This document shows positions 1 to 13,700 of a DNA stretch of 64,000 nt, in pieces; the stretch's first letter is position 1; each line of letters begins with the position of its first letter. Made by a program: the position numbers and the translations under genes. The notes under the pieces are model-generated. The model was not told where the DNA came from and did no database searches. It saw nothing but the letters and a program-made list of their open reading frames with translations. This stretch comes from the human T2T-CHM13v2.0 reference genome, Homo sapiens, in NCBI RefSeq assembly GCF_009914755.1, contig NC_060948.1; one strand, 5' to 3'.

Positions 1-653
1 CTCTAATGGAATGGATTCGAGTGGAATGGAATTGAATATAATGGAGTCGAATGAAATGGAATTGAAAGGAATGGGATCGAATACAATGGAATATACTGGA
101 ATGTAACGTAATGAACTCGAATGTAATTGACTGGAATGGAATGTACATGAATGGAATGTAATCGAATGGAAAGTAATCCAATGGAATAGAATCTAATGCA
201 ATAAAATCGACTCAGATAGAGAAGAATGTAATGGAATGGAGTGCAGTGCAATGGAATGGAATGGAATGGAATGCAATGGAATGGAATGGAATGGAATGCA
301 ATGGAATGGAATGGAATGGAATGGAATGTGATGGAATGGTATGGAATGGATAGTAATGGACTGGAGTGAAATGGACTGGAAAGGAATGGACTCAAATTGA
401 AAGGGCTCGAAAGGAATGGAGTCAAATGGAATGGTCTGGAATGGAATGAACACGAATGTAATGCAACCCAATAGAATGGAATCGAATGGCATGGAATATA
501 AAGAAATGGAATCGAAGAGAATGGAAACAAATGGAATGGAATTGAATGGAATGGAATTGAATGGAATGGGAAGGAATGGAGTGAAATTGTATGCAGTAGA
601 AGAGAATAGAATGGAATGCAAGCAAAAGGAAAGGAATGGATTGCAATGGAATG

Positions 654-697
654 GAATTCATTGGAATGGAAAGGAATGTAGTGTAATGGACAGGCCT
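654..697. other. Diagnostic EcoRI (GAATTC 654-659) and StuI/HaeIII (AGGCCT 692-697) site pair, repeated once per unit
   Basis: GGAATTCATTGG...GGACAGGCCTGG seen in all 18 complete units. This explains the classical male-specific ~3.4-3.6 kb HaeIII/EcoRI band. Confidence 0.9.
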
Positions 698-1067
698 GGA
701 ATAAAGTGGAATGCTACGGTCTCGAATGGAATAAAAATGTATGGAATGGAATGCAATGAAACGGAATCGAATGTCATAGAATGTAATGGAATGCAAAAAA
801 ATGGAATCCAAAATCATTGACTGGAAAGGCTGGGTGTCGAAAGGAATTGACTCCAATGGAATGGAATCGAATGGAATGGAAGTGAATAGAATCGAACTAA
901 ATCGAATGGAATGGAATTGATAGGAACGGAATGGAAAGGAATGCAATGATTTGGCATGGAATGGAATCGAATGGCATCGAATGGAATGGAATGGAATGCA
1001 ATGGAATGGAATGTATTAGAATGTAATGAACTTTAATGGAATGTACTCGAATGGATTCGACTGGAAT

Positions 1068-1082
1068 GGAATGTTCTGGAAG
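1068..1082. promoter_or_regulatory. Perfect heat-shock element motif A (U1 exemplar)
   Basis: gGAAtgTTCtgGAAg matches nGAAnnTTCnnGAAn. Intact in all 18 units by eye. Function not shown by sequence. Confidence 0.55.
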
Positions 1083-1347
1083 TGAATGGACTCCAATGGA
1101 ATGGATTCAAAAGGAATGGAATCGTACGGAATGGAATCTAATGGAATGGAATTAAATGGAAATGAATCAAATTGAATAGCACGGAATTGAATTGAATGGA
1201 ATGGAATGCAATGGAATCTAATGAAACGGGAAGGAAAGGAATGGAATGGAATGGAATGGACTGGAATGGAAAGGAATCGAAACGAATGGAATGGAATCGA
1301 ACTGAAGAGACTGGAATGGAATGCACTGGAATGGAAGGGAGTGTAAT

Positions 1348-1362
1348 GGAAGTTTCTCGAAA
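1348..1362. promoter_or_regulatory. Perfect heat-shock element motif B (U1 exemplar)
   Basis: gGAAg(g/t)TTCtcGAAa. Intact in 17 of 18 units; U12 has TTT. Confidence 0.5.
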
Positions 1363-2358
1363 AAAATGGAATCGAATGGAATGGAATTGAATGGAACGGA
1401 ATAGAGTCGAATGGAATTGAATGGAATGGAATGGACTAGAGTGAAATGGAATCGAACCACAAGGAATGGACAGGAATAGAATGGTCTCGAATTGAATGGA
1501 ATCGTATGGAATGGCATCAAACGGAATGGAATGGACAGCCACGGAATGGAATGCACTCGAATGCAATGGAGTCGAAACTAATGGACTGGAATAGAATGGA
1601 CTCGACTGGTACGGACTCCAATGGAATGGAATCGAATGGAAGGGAATCGAACGGAAGGGAATCGAATGGAATGGACTCGAAGGGAAAAGACTGCAATGGA
1701 AAGGTCTCGAATGGAATGGAAATTAATGGAATGGAATGGAATCGAATGAAATGGAGTCAAAAGGAATGGAATCGAATGGCAAGAAATCGAATGTAATGGA
1801 ATCGCAAGGAATTGATGTGAACGGAACGGAATGGAATGGAATCCAAAGGAATGGAATAGAATGGAATGGAATCGAATGGAAAGGACTCGAATGGAAATCA
1901 CTCGAATAGAATGCAATTTAATAAAATAGGATCAAATGTAATGGAATGGAATGGAAAGGAATCGAAACGAAAGGAATGGAGACAGATGGAATGGAATGGA
2001 AAAGAGAGCAATGGTATAGAATGGAATGGAATCATCTGGAATGGAATTGAATGGAATGGAATGGAATGCCCTTGAATTAAATGGACTGGAATGGAATGGA
2101 CTCAAACAGAGAGGAATGGAAAGTGTTGAGATAGAATGGAATGAACTCCTTTGGAATGGTGTAGTAGGCAATGCAATCGACTGGCAGGGAATCAAAAGGA
2201 ATGTAATCGAATGGATTGGACTGGAATGCAATGGACTCGAATAGATTGGAAACGGAATGCAAAGGAATGGAATGGAATAGTATGGAATGGAATGGAAAGG
2301 AATGGAGTGGAATAGACTAGAGTGGAATGGAATGGACTGGAAAGCAATGGACTGGAAT

Positions 2359-2373
2359 GGAACTTTCTTGAAT
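2359..2373. promoter_or_regulatory. Perfect heat-shock element motif C (U1 exemplar), polymorphic
   Basis: gGAAc(t/a)TTCttGAAt. Intact in 10 of 18 units. Confidence 0.45.
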
Positions 2374-3559
2374 GGACTGGAATCAAACGGAATGGAATGC
2401 AATGCAATCAAATGGCATGGAATAAAATAGAATGAAAGAGAATCAAATGGAATTGAATCGAATGGAATCGAATGGATTGGAAAGGAATAGAATGGAATGG
2501 AATGGAATTGACTCAAATGGAATGGACTAGAATGGAATGGATTCGAATGGAAGGCAAAGGAATGGAATCTATTGGAATGGACTGAAATGGAATGGAATGG
2601 AAGGGATTGGAATGGACTCTAATGGAATGGACTGCAATAGAAAGGATTCGAATGGAATGAAAAAGAATTGAATGGAATAGAACAGAATGGAATCAAATCG
2701 AATGAAATGGAACGGAATAGAAAGGAATGGAATGAAATGGAATGAAAAGGATTCCAATGCAATGCAATCGAATGGAATGGAATCGAACGGAATGGAATAA
2801 AATGGAAGAAAACTGGCAATAAATGGAATCGAAATGAATGGAGTGTTATGGAACGGACTCAAAAGGAATTGAATGTAATAGAATGGAGTGGAGTGGACTC
2901 GAATATAATGGACTGGAATGGAATGAAATCACATGGAATGGGAACGAATGGAATGGAATGGAAAGGAATGGAATCGAATGGAAAGGAATCGAATGGAAGG
3001 GAATGAAATTGAATCAACAGGAATGGAAGGGAATAGAATAGACGGTAATGGAATGGACTCGAATAGAATGGACACGAATGCTCAAATTGAATGGACTCGA
3101 ATGGAATGGAAACGAAAGGAATGTCATCGAATGGAATTGAATCGATTGGAATGAAATCGCATAGAATGGAGTGGAATCAAATGGAATTGAATCGAAAGGA
3201 AAGGAAGCGAATGGACTGAAATGAAATGGAATGGAATTGAATGGAAAGTAACGCAATGGAATAGAATGGAACGAAATTTCACGGAATGGAATCAAACTGA
3301 ATGGAATCAAATCAATGGAATCAAATCAAATGGAATGGAAAGGAATTGAATGGAGTAGATGGGATTGGATGGGACTGGAATGAAATGTACTGGAAAGTAC
3401 TCGAATTTCATGAAACGGAATGGAATGAATTGGAACGGAATGGACTCGAATGGAATGGAATGTCATGGAATGGCATCAAATGGAATGGCATCAAATGGAA
3501 TGGAATCGAATGCAATGGAATGCTATGGAATGGAATGGAATGCATTGGAATGGAATGTC

Positions 3560-6500
3560 CTCTAATGGAATGGATTCGAGTGGAATGGAATCGAATATAA
3601 TGGAGTCGAATGAAATGGAATTGAAAGGAATGGGATCGAATACAATGGAATATACTGGAATGTAATGTAATGAACTCGAATGTAATTGACTGGAATGGAA
3701 TGTACATGAATGGAATATAATCGAATGGAAAGTAATCCAATGGAATAGAATCTAATGCAATAAAATCGACTCAGATAGAGTAGAATGTAATGGAATGGAG
3801 TGCAGTGCAATGGAATGGAATGGAATGGAATGCAATGGAATGGAATGGAATGGAATGGAATGGAATGGAATGGAATGGAATGGGATGGAATGGTATGGAA
3901 TGGATAGTAATGGACTGGAATGAAATGGACTGGAAAAGAATGGACTCAAATTGAAAGGGCTCGAAAGGAATGGAGTCAAATGGAATGGTCTGGAATGGAA
4001 TGAACACGAATGTAATGCAATCCAATACAATGGAATCGAATGGCATGGAATATAAAGAAATGGAATCTAAGAGAATGGAAACAAATGGAATGGAATTGAA
4101 TGGAATGGAATTGAATGGAATGGGAACGAATGGAGTGAAATTGTATGCAGTAGAAGAGAATAGAATGGAATGCAAGTGAAAGGAAAGGAATGGATTGCAA
4201 TGGAATGGAATTCATTGGAATGGAAGGGAATGTAGTGTAATGGACAGGCCTGGAATAAAGTGGAATGCTACGGTCTCGAATGGAATAAAAATGTATGGAA
4301 TGGAATGCAATGAAATGGAATCGAATGTCATAGAATGTAATGGAATGCAACAAAATGGAATCCAATATCATTGACTGGAAAGGCTGGGTGTCGAAAGGAA
4401 TTGACTCCAATGGAATGGAATCGAATGGAATGGAAGTGAATAGAATCGAACTAAATCGAATGGAATGGAATTGATAGGAACGGAATGGAAAGGAATGCAA
4501 TGATTTGGCATGGAATGGAATCGAATGGCATCGAATGGAATGGAATGGAATGCAATGGAATGGAATGTATTAGAATGTAATGAACTTTAATGGAATGTAC
4601 TCGAATGGATTCGACTGGAATGGAATGTTCTGGAAGTGAATGGACTCCAATGGAATGGATTCAAAAGGAATGGAATCGTACGGAATGGAATCTAATGGAA
4701 TGGAATTAAATGGAAATGAATCAAATTGAATAGCACGGAATTGAATTGAATGGAATGGAATGCAATGGAATCTAATGAAACGGAAAGGAAAGGAATGGAA
4801 TGGAATGGACTGGGCTGGAATGGAAAGGAATCGAAACGAATGGAATGGAATCGAACTGAAGAGACTGGAATGGAATGCACTGGAATGGAAGGGAGTGTAA
4901 TGGAAGGTTCTCGAAAAAAATGGAATCGAATGGAATGGAATTGAATGGAACGGAATAGAGTCGAATGGAATTGAATGGAATGGAATGGACTAGAGTGAAA
5001 TGGAATCGAACCACAAGGAATGGACAGGAATAGAATGGTCTCGAATTGAATGGAATCGTATGGAATGGCATCAAACGGAATGGAATGGACAGCCACGGAA
5101 TGGAATGCACTCGAATGCAATGGAGTCGAAACTAACGCACTGGAATAGAATGGACTCGACTGGTATGGACTCCAATGGAATGGAATCGAATGGAAGGGAA
5201 TCGAACGGAATGGACTCGAAGGGAAAAGACTGCAATGGAAAGGTCTCGAATGGAATGGAAATTAATGGAATCGAATGGAATCGAATGAAATGGAGTCAAA
5301 AGGAATGGAATCGAATGGCAAGAAATCGAATGTAATGGAATCGCAAGGAATTGATGTGAACGGAACGGAATGGAATGGAATCCAAAGGAATGGAATAGAA
5401 TGGAATGGAATCGAATGGAAAGGACTCGAATGGAAAGGACTCGAATGGAAGTCACTCGAATAGAATGCAATTTAATAAAATAGGATCAAATGTAATGGAA
5501 TGGAATGGAATGGAATCGAAACGAAAGGAATGGAGACAGATGGAATGGAATGGAACAGAGAGCAATGGTATAGAATGGAATGGAATCATCTGGAATGGAA
5601 TTGAATTGAATGGAATAATATGAAATGGAATGGAATGGAATGGAATGGAATGCCCTTGAATTAAATGGACTGGAATGGAATGGACTCGAACAGAATGGAA
5701 TGGAAAGTGTTGAGATAGAATGGAATGGACTCCTTTGGAATGGTCTAGTATGCAATGCAATCGACTGGCAGGGAATCAAAAGGAATGTAATCGAATGGAT
5801 TGGACTGGAATGCAATGGACTCGAATAGATTGGAAACGTGATGCAAAGGAATGGAATGGAATAGTATGGAATGGAATGGAAAGGAATGGAGTGGAATAGA
5901 CTAGAGTGGAATGGAATGGACTGGAAAGCAATGGACTGGAATGGAACTTTCTTGAATGGACTGGAATCAAACGGAATGGAATGCAATGCAATCAAATGGC
6001 ATGGAATAAAATAGAATGAAAGAGAATCAAATGGAATTGAATCGAATGGAATCGAATGGATTGGAAAGGAATAGAATGGAATGGAATGGAATGGACTCAA
6101 ATGGAATGGACTAGAATGGAATGGATTCGAATGGAAGGCAAAGGAATGGAATCTATTGGAATGGACTGTAATGGAATGGAATGGAAGGGATTGGAATGGA
6201 CTCGAATGGAATGGACTGCAATAGAAAGGATTCGAATGGAATGAAAAAGAATTGAATGGAATAGAACAGAATGGAATCAAATCGAATGAAATGGAATGGA
6301 ATAGAAAGGAATGGAATGAAATGGAATGGAAAGGATTCGAATGGAATGCAATCGAATGGAATGGAATCGAACGGAATGGAATAAAATGGAAGAAAACTGG
6401 CAAGAAATGGAATCGAAATGAATGGAGTGTTATGGAACGGACTCAAAAGGAATTGAATGTAATAGAATGGAGTGGAGTGGACTCGAATATAATGGACTGG

Positions 6501-7143
6501 AATGGAATGAAATCACATGGAATGGGAACGAATGGAATGGAATGGAAAGGAATGGAATCGAATGGAAAGGAATCGAATGGAAGGGAATGAAATTGAATCA
6601 ACAGGAATGGAAGGGAATAGAATAGACGGTAATGGAATGGACTCGAATAGAATGGACACGAATGCTCAAATTGAATGGACTCGAATGGAATGGAAACGAA
6701 AGGAATGTCATCGAATGGAATTGAATCGATTGCAATGAAATCGCATAGAATGGAGTGGAATCAAATGGAATTGAATCGAAAGGAAAGGAAGCGAATGGAC
6801 TGAAATGAAACGGAATGGAATTGAATGGAAAGTAATGCAATGGAATAGAATGGAACGAAATTTCACGGAAAGGAATCAAACTGAACGGAATCAAATCAAT
6901 GGAATCTAATCAAATGGAATGGAAAGGAATTGAATGGAGTAGATTGGATTGGATGGGATTGGAATGAAATGTACTGGAAAGGACTCGAATTTCATGAAAC
7001 GGAATGGAATGAATTGGAACGGAATGGACTCGAATGGAATGGAATGTCATGGAATGGCATCAAATGGAATGGCATCAAATGGAATGGAATCGAATGCAAT
7101 GGAATGCTATGGAATGGAATGGAATGCATTGGAATGGAATGTC
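3560..7143 (+). repeat. DYZ1 unit U2 (3,584 bp)
   Basis: Anchor to anchor. Private 15-bp duplication GGAAAGGACTCGAAT at 5417-5446. Confidence 0.9.
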
Positions 7144-10100
7144 CTCTAATGGAATGGATTCGAGTGGAATGGAATCGAATATAATGGAGTCGAATGAAAT
7201 GGAATTGAAAGGAATGGGATCGAATACAATGGAATATACTGGAATGTAATGTAATGAACTCGAATGTAATTGACTGGAATGGAATGTACATGAATGGAAG
7301 GTAATCGAATGGAAAGTAATCCAATGGAATAGAATCTAATGCAATAAAACCGACTCAGATAGAGTAGAATGTAATGGAATGGAGTGCAGTGCAATGGAAT
7401 GGAATGGAATTGAATGCAATGGAATGGAATGGAATGGAATGGAATGGAATGGAATGGAATGGAATGGAATGGGATGGAATGGTATGGAATGGATAGTAAT
7501 GGACTGGAGTGAAATGGACTGGAAAGGAATGGACTCAAATTGAAAGGGCTCGAAAGGAATGGAGTCAAATGGAATGGTCTGGAATGGAATGAACACGAAT
7601 GTAATGCAATCCAATAGAATGGAATCGAATGGCACGGAATATAAAGAAATGGATTCGAAGAGAACGGAAACAAATATAATGGAATTGAATGGAATGGAAT
7701 TGAATGGAATGGGAACGAATGGAGTGAAATTGTATGCAGTAGAAGGGAATAGAATGGAATGCAAGCGAAAGGAAAGGAATGGATTGGAATGGAATGGAAT
7801 TCATTGGAATGGAAGGGAATGTAGTGTAATGGACAGGCCTGGAATAAAGTGGAATGCTACGGTCTCGAATGGAATAAAAATGTATGGAATGGAATGCAAT
7901 GAAATGGAATCGAATGTCATGGAATGTAATGGAATGCAACAAAATGGAATCCAAAATCATTGACTGGAAAGGCTGGGTGTCGAAAGGAATTGACTCCAAT
8001 GGAATGGAATCGAATGGAATGGAAGTGAATAGAATCGAACTAAATCGAATGGAATGGAATTGATAGGAACGGAATGGAAAGGAATGCAATGATTTGGCAT
8101 GGAATGGAATCGAATGGCATCGAATGGAATGGAATGGAATGCAATGGAATGGAATGTATTAGAATGTAATGAACTTTAATGGAATGTACTCGAATGGATT
8201 CGACTGGAATGGAATGTTCTGGAAGTGAATGGACTCCAATGGAATGGATTCCAAAGGAATGGAATCGTACGGAATGGAATCTAATGGAATGGAATTAAAT
8301 GGAAATGAATCAAATTGAATAGCACGGAATTGAATTGAATGGAATGGAATGCAATGGAATCTAATGAAACGGAAAGGAAAGGAATGGAATGGAATGGAAT
8401 GGGCTGGAATGGAAAGGAATCGAAACGAATGGAATGGAATCGAACTGAAGAGACTGGAATGGAATGCACTGGAATGGAAGGGAGTGTAATGGAAGGTTCT
8501 CGAAAAAAATGGAATCGAATGGAATGGAATTGAATGGAACGGAATAGAGTCGAATGGAATTGAATGGAATGGAATGGACTAGAGTGAAATGGAATCGAAC
8601 CACAAGGAATGGAGAGGAATAGAATGGTCTCGAATTGAATGGAATTGTATGGAATGGCATCAAACGGAATGGAATGGACAGCCACGGAATGGAATGCACT
8701 CGAATGCAATGGAGTCGAAACTAACGGACTGGAATAGAATGGACTCGACTGGTACGGACTCCAATGGAATGGAATCGAATGGAAGGGAATCGAACGGAAT
8801 GGACTCGAAGGGAAAAGACTGCAATGGAAAGGTCTCGAATGGAATGGAAATTAATGGAATGGAATGGAATCGAATGAAATGGAGTCAAAAGGAATGGAAT
8901 CGAATGGCAAGAAATCGAATGTAATGGAATCGCAAGGAATTGATGTGAACGGAACGGAATGGAATGGAATCCAAAGGAATGGAATAGAATGGAATGGAAT
9001 CGAATGGAAAGGACTCGAATGGAAATCACTCGAATAGAATGCAATTTAATAAAATAGGATCAAATGTAATTGAATGGAATGGAAAGGAATCGAAACGAAA
9101 GGAATGGAGACAGATGGAATGGAATGGAACAGAGAGCAATGGTATAGAATGGAATGGAATCATCTGGAATGGAATTGAATGGAATGGAATAATATGAAAT
9201 GGAATGGAATGGAATGGAATGGAATGCCCTTGAATTAAATGGACTGGAATGGAATGGACTCGAACAGAGTGGAATGGAAAGTGTTGAGATAGAATGGAAT
9301 GGACTCCTTTGGAATGGTGTAGTATGCAATGCAATCGACTGGCAGGCAATCAAAAGGAATGTAATGGAATGGACTGGACTGGAATGCAATGGACTCGAAT
9401 AGATTGGAAACGGAATGCAAAGGAATGGAATGGAATAGTATGGAATGGAATGGAAAGGAATGGAGTGGAATAGAATAGAGTGGAATGGAATGGACTGGAA
9501 AGCAATGGACTGGAATGGAACTTTCTTGAATGGACTGGAATCAAACGGAATGGAATGCAATGCAATCAAATGGCATGGAATAAAATAGAATGAAAGAGAA
9601 TCAAATGGAATTGAATCGAATGGAATCGAATGGATTGGAAAGGAATAGAATGGAATGGAATGGAATGGACTCAAATGGAATGGACTAGAATGGAATGGAT
9701 TCGAATGGAAGGCAAAGGAATGGAATCTATTGGAATGGACTGCAATGGAATGGAATGGAAGGGATTGGAATGGACTCGAATGGAATGGACTGCAATAGAA
9801 AGGATTCGAATGGAATGAAAAAGAATTGAATGGAATAGAACAGAATGGAATCAAATCGAATGAAATGGAATGGAATAGAAAGGAATGGAATGAAATGGAA
9901 TGGAAAGGATTCGAATGGAATGCAATCGAATGGAATGGAATCGAACGGAATGGAATAAAATGGAAGAAAACTGGCAAGAAATGGAATCGAAATGAATGGA
10001 GTGTTATGGAACGGACTCAAAAGGAATTGAATGTAATAGAATGGAGTGGAGTGGATTCGAATATAATGGACTGGAATGGAATGAAATCACATGGAATGGG

Positions 10101-10712
10101 AACGAATGGAATGGAAAGGAATGGAATCGAATGGAAAGGAATCGAATGGAAGGGAATGAAATTGAATCAACAGGAATGGAAGGGAATAGAATAGATGGTA
10201 ATGGAATGGACTCGAATAGAATGGACACGAATGCTCAAATTGAATGGACTCGAATGGAATGGATACGAAAGGAATGTCATCGAATGGAATTGAATCGATT
10301 GGAATGAAATCGCATAGAATGGAGTGGAATCAAATGGAATTGAATCGAAAGGAAAGGAAGCGAATGGACTGAAATGAAATGGAATGGAATTGAATGGAAA
10401 GTAATGCAATGGAATAGAATGGAACGAAATTTCACGGAATGGAATCAAACTGAATGGAATGAAATCAATGGAATCAAATCAAATGGAATGGAAAGGAATT
10501 GAATGGAGTAGATTGGATTGGATGGGATTGGAATGAAATGTACTGGAAAGGACTCGAATTTCATGAAACGGAATGGAATGAATTGGAACGGAATGGACTC
10601 GAATGGAATGGAATGTCATGGAATGGCATCAAATGGAATGGCATCAAATGGAATGGAATCGAATGCAATGGAATGCTATGGAATGGAATGGAATGCATTG
10701 GAATGGAATGTC
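7144..10712 (+). repeat. DYZ1 unit U3 (3,569 bp)
   Basis: Anchor to anchor; all landmarks present in order. Confidence 0.9.
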
Positions 10713-13700
10713 CTCTAATGGAATGGATTCGAGTGGAATGGAATCGAATATAATGGAGTCGAATGAAATGGAATTGAAAGGAATGGGATCGAATACAATG
10801 GAATATACTGGAATGTAATGTAATGAACTCGAATGTAATTGACTGGAATGGAATGTACATGAATGGAATGTAATCGAATGGAAAGTAATCCAATGGAATA
10901 GAATCTAATGCAATAAAATCGACTCAGATAGAGGAGAATGTAATGGAATGGAGTGCAGTGCAATGGAATGGAATGGAATGGAATGCAATTGAATGGAATG
11001 GAATGGAATGGAATGGAATGGAATGGAATGGGATGGAATGGTATGGAATGGATAGTAATGGACTGGAGTGAAATGGACTGGAAAGGAATGGACTCAAATT
11101 GAAAGGGCTCGAAAGGAATGGAGTCAAATGGAATGGTCTGGAATGGAATGAACAAGAATGTAATGCAATCCAATAGAATGGAATCGAATGACATGGAATA
11201 TAAAGAAATGGAATCGGAGAGAATGGAAACAAATGGAATGGAATTGAATGGAATGGAATTGAATGGAATGGGAACGAATGGAGTGAAATTGTATGCAGTA
11301 GAAGGGAATAGAATGGAATGCAAGCGAAAGGAAAGGAATGGATTGGAATGGAATGGAATTCATTGGAATGGAAGGGAATGTAGTGTAATGGACAGGCCTG
11401 GAATAAAGTGGAATGCTACGGTCTCGAATGGAATAAAAATGTATGGAATGGAATGCAATGAAATGGAATCGAATGTCATAGAATGTAATGGAATGCAACA
11501 AAATGGAATCCAAAATCATTGACTGGAAAGGCTGGGTGTCGAAAGGAATTGACTCCAATGGAATGGAATCGAATGGAATGGAAGTGAATAGAATCGAACT
11601 AAATCGAATGGAATGGAATTGATAGGAACGGAATGGAAAGGAATGCAATGATTTGGCATGGAATGGAATCGAATGGCATCGAATGGAATGGAATGGAATG
11701 CAATGGAATGGAATGTATTAGAATGTAATGAACTTTAATGGAATGTACTCGAATGGATTCCACTGGAATGGAATGTTCTGGAAGTGAATGGACTCCAATG
11801 GAATGGATTCCAAAGGAATGGAATCGTACGGAATGGAATCTAATGGAATGGAATTAAATGGAAATGAATCAAATTGAATAGCACGGAATTGAATTGAATG
11901 GAATGGAATGCAATGGAATCTAATGAAACGGAAAGGAAAGGAATGGAATGGAATGAAATGGGCTGGAATGGAAAGGAATCGAAACGAATGGAATGGAATC
12001 GAACTGAAGAGACTGGAATGGAATGCACTGGAATGGAAGGGAGTGTAATGGAAGGTTCTCGAAAAAAATGGAATCGAATGGAATGGAATTGAATGGAACG
12101 GAATAGAGTCGAATGGAATTGAATGGAATGGAATGGACTAGAGTGAAATGGAATCGAACCACAAGGAATGGAGAGGAATAGAATGGTCTCGAATTGAATG
12201 GAATTGTATGGAATGGCATCAAACGGAATGGAATGGACAGCCACGGAATGGAATGCACTCGAATGCAATGGAGTCGAAACTAACGGACTGGAATAGAATG
12301 GACTCGACTGGTACGGACTCCAATGGAATGGAATCGAATGGAAGGGAATCGAACGGAATGGACTCGAAGGGAAAAGACTGCAATGGAAAGGTCTCGAATG
12401 GAATGGAAATTAATGGAATGGAATGGAATCGAATGAAATGGAGTCAAAAGGAATGGAATCGAATGGCAAGAAATCGAATGTAATGGAATCGCAAGGAATT
12501 GATGTGAACGGAACGGAATGGAATGGAATCCAAAGGAATGGAATAGAATGGAATGGAATCGAATGGAAAGGACTCGAATGGAAATCACTCGAATAGAATG
12601 CAATTTAATAAAATAGGATCAAATGTAATTGAATGGAATGGAAAGGAATCGAAACGAAAGGAATGGAGACAGATGGAATGGAATGGAACAGAGAGCAATG
12701 GTATAGAATGGAATGGAATCATCTGGAATGGAATTGAATGGAATGGAATAATATGAAATGGAATGGAATGGAATGCCCTTGAATTAAATGGACTGGACTC
12801 GAACAGAGTGGAATGGAAAGTGTTGAGATAGAATGGAATGGACTCCTTTGGAATGGTGTAGTATGCAATGCAATCGACTGGCAGGGAATCAAAAGGAATG
12901 TAATCGAATGGATTGGACTGGAATGCAATGGACTCGAATAGATTGGAAACGGAATGCAAAGGAATGGAATGGAATAGTATGGAATGGAATGGAAAGGAAT
13001 GGAGTGGAATAGACTAGAGTGGAATGGAATGGACTGGAAAGCAATGGACTGGAATGGAACTTTCTTGGATGGATTGGAATCAAACGGAATGGAATGCAAT
13101 GCAATCAAATGGCATGGAATAAAATAGAATGAAAGAGAATCAAATGGAATTGAATCGAATGGAATCGAATGGATTGGAAAGGAATAGAATGGAATGGAAT
13201 GGAATTGACTCAAATGGAATGGACTAGAATGGAATGGATTCGAATGGAAGGCAAAGGAATGGAATCTATTGGAATGGACTGTAATGGAATGGAATGGAAG
13301 GGATTGGAATGGACTCGAATGGAATGGACTGCAATAGAAAGGATTCGAATGGAATGAAAAAGAATTGAATGGAATAGAACAGAATGGAATCAAATCGAAT
13401 GAAATGGAATGGAATAGAAAGGAATGGAATGAAATGGAATGGAAAGGATTCGAATGGAATGCAATCGAATGGAATGGAATAAAATGGAAGAAAACTGGCA
13501 AGAAATGGAATCGAAATGAATGGAGTGTTATGGAACGGACTCAAAAGGAATTGAATGTAATAGAATGGAGTGGAGTGGACTCGAATATAATGGACTGGAA
13601 TGGAATGAAATCACATGGAATGGGAACGAATGGAATGGAATGGAAAGGAATGGAATCGAATGGAAAGGAATCGAATGGAAGGGAATGAAATTGAATCAAC

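Larger units (their letters stand above)
1..3559 (+). repeat. DYZ1 unit U1 (3,559 bp)
   Basis: Anchor CTCTAATGG at 1 and 3560. Carries a 15-bp duplication near 1638-1667 and a 30-bp deletion near 2050. Confidence 0.9.

Noticed and set aside
829-840. GGCTGGGTGTCG GC-rich landmark resembling an Alu 5' end or G-quadruplex
   Set aside because: Only about 10 bp, in pentamer register, with no further Alu similarity and too few G-runs.
198-2825. Several AATAAA hexamers per unit (near 200, 700, 730, 1920, 2420, 2797) as polyadenylation signals
   Set aside because: They arise easily from GGAAT followed by AAAAT variants and lack clear GU/U-rich downstream elements. 3'-end sequencing would be needed.
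3402-3416. CGAATTTCATGAAA and GAAATTTCACGGAA (near 3273) as further HSEs
   Set aside because: Wrong spacing or an imperfect third box; only two correctly spaced boxes.
6901-6912. GAATCTAATCA resembling a DUX4 site
   Set aside because: A single private, imperfect match, expected by chance in this sequence.
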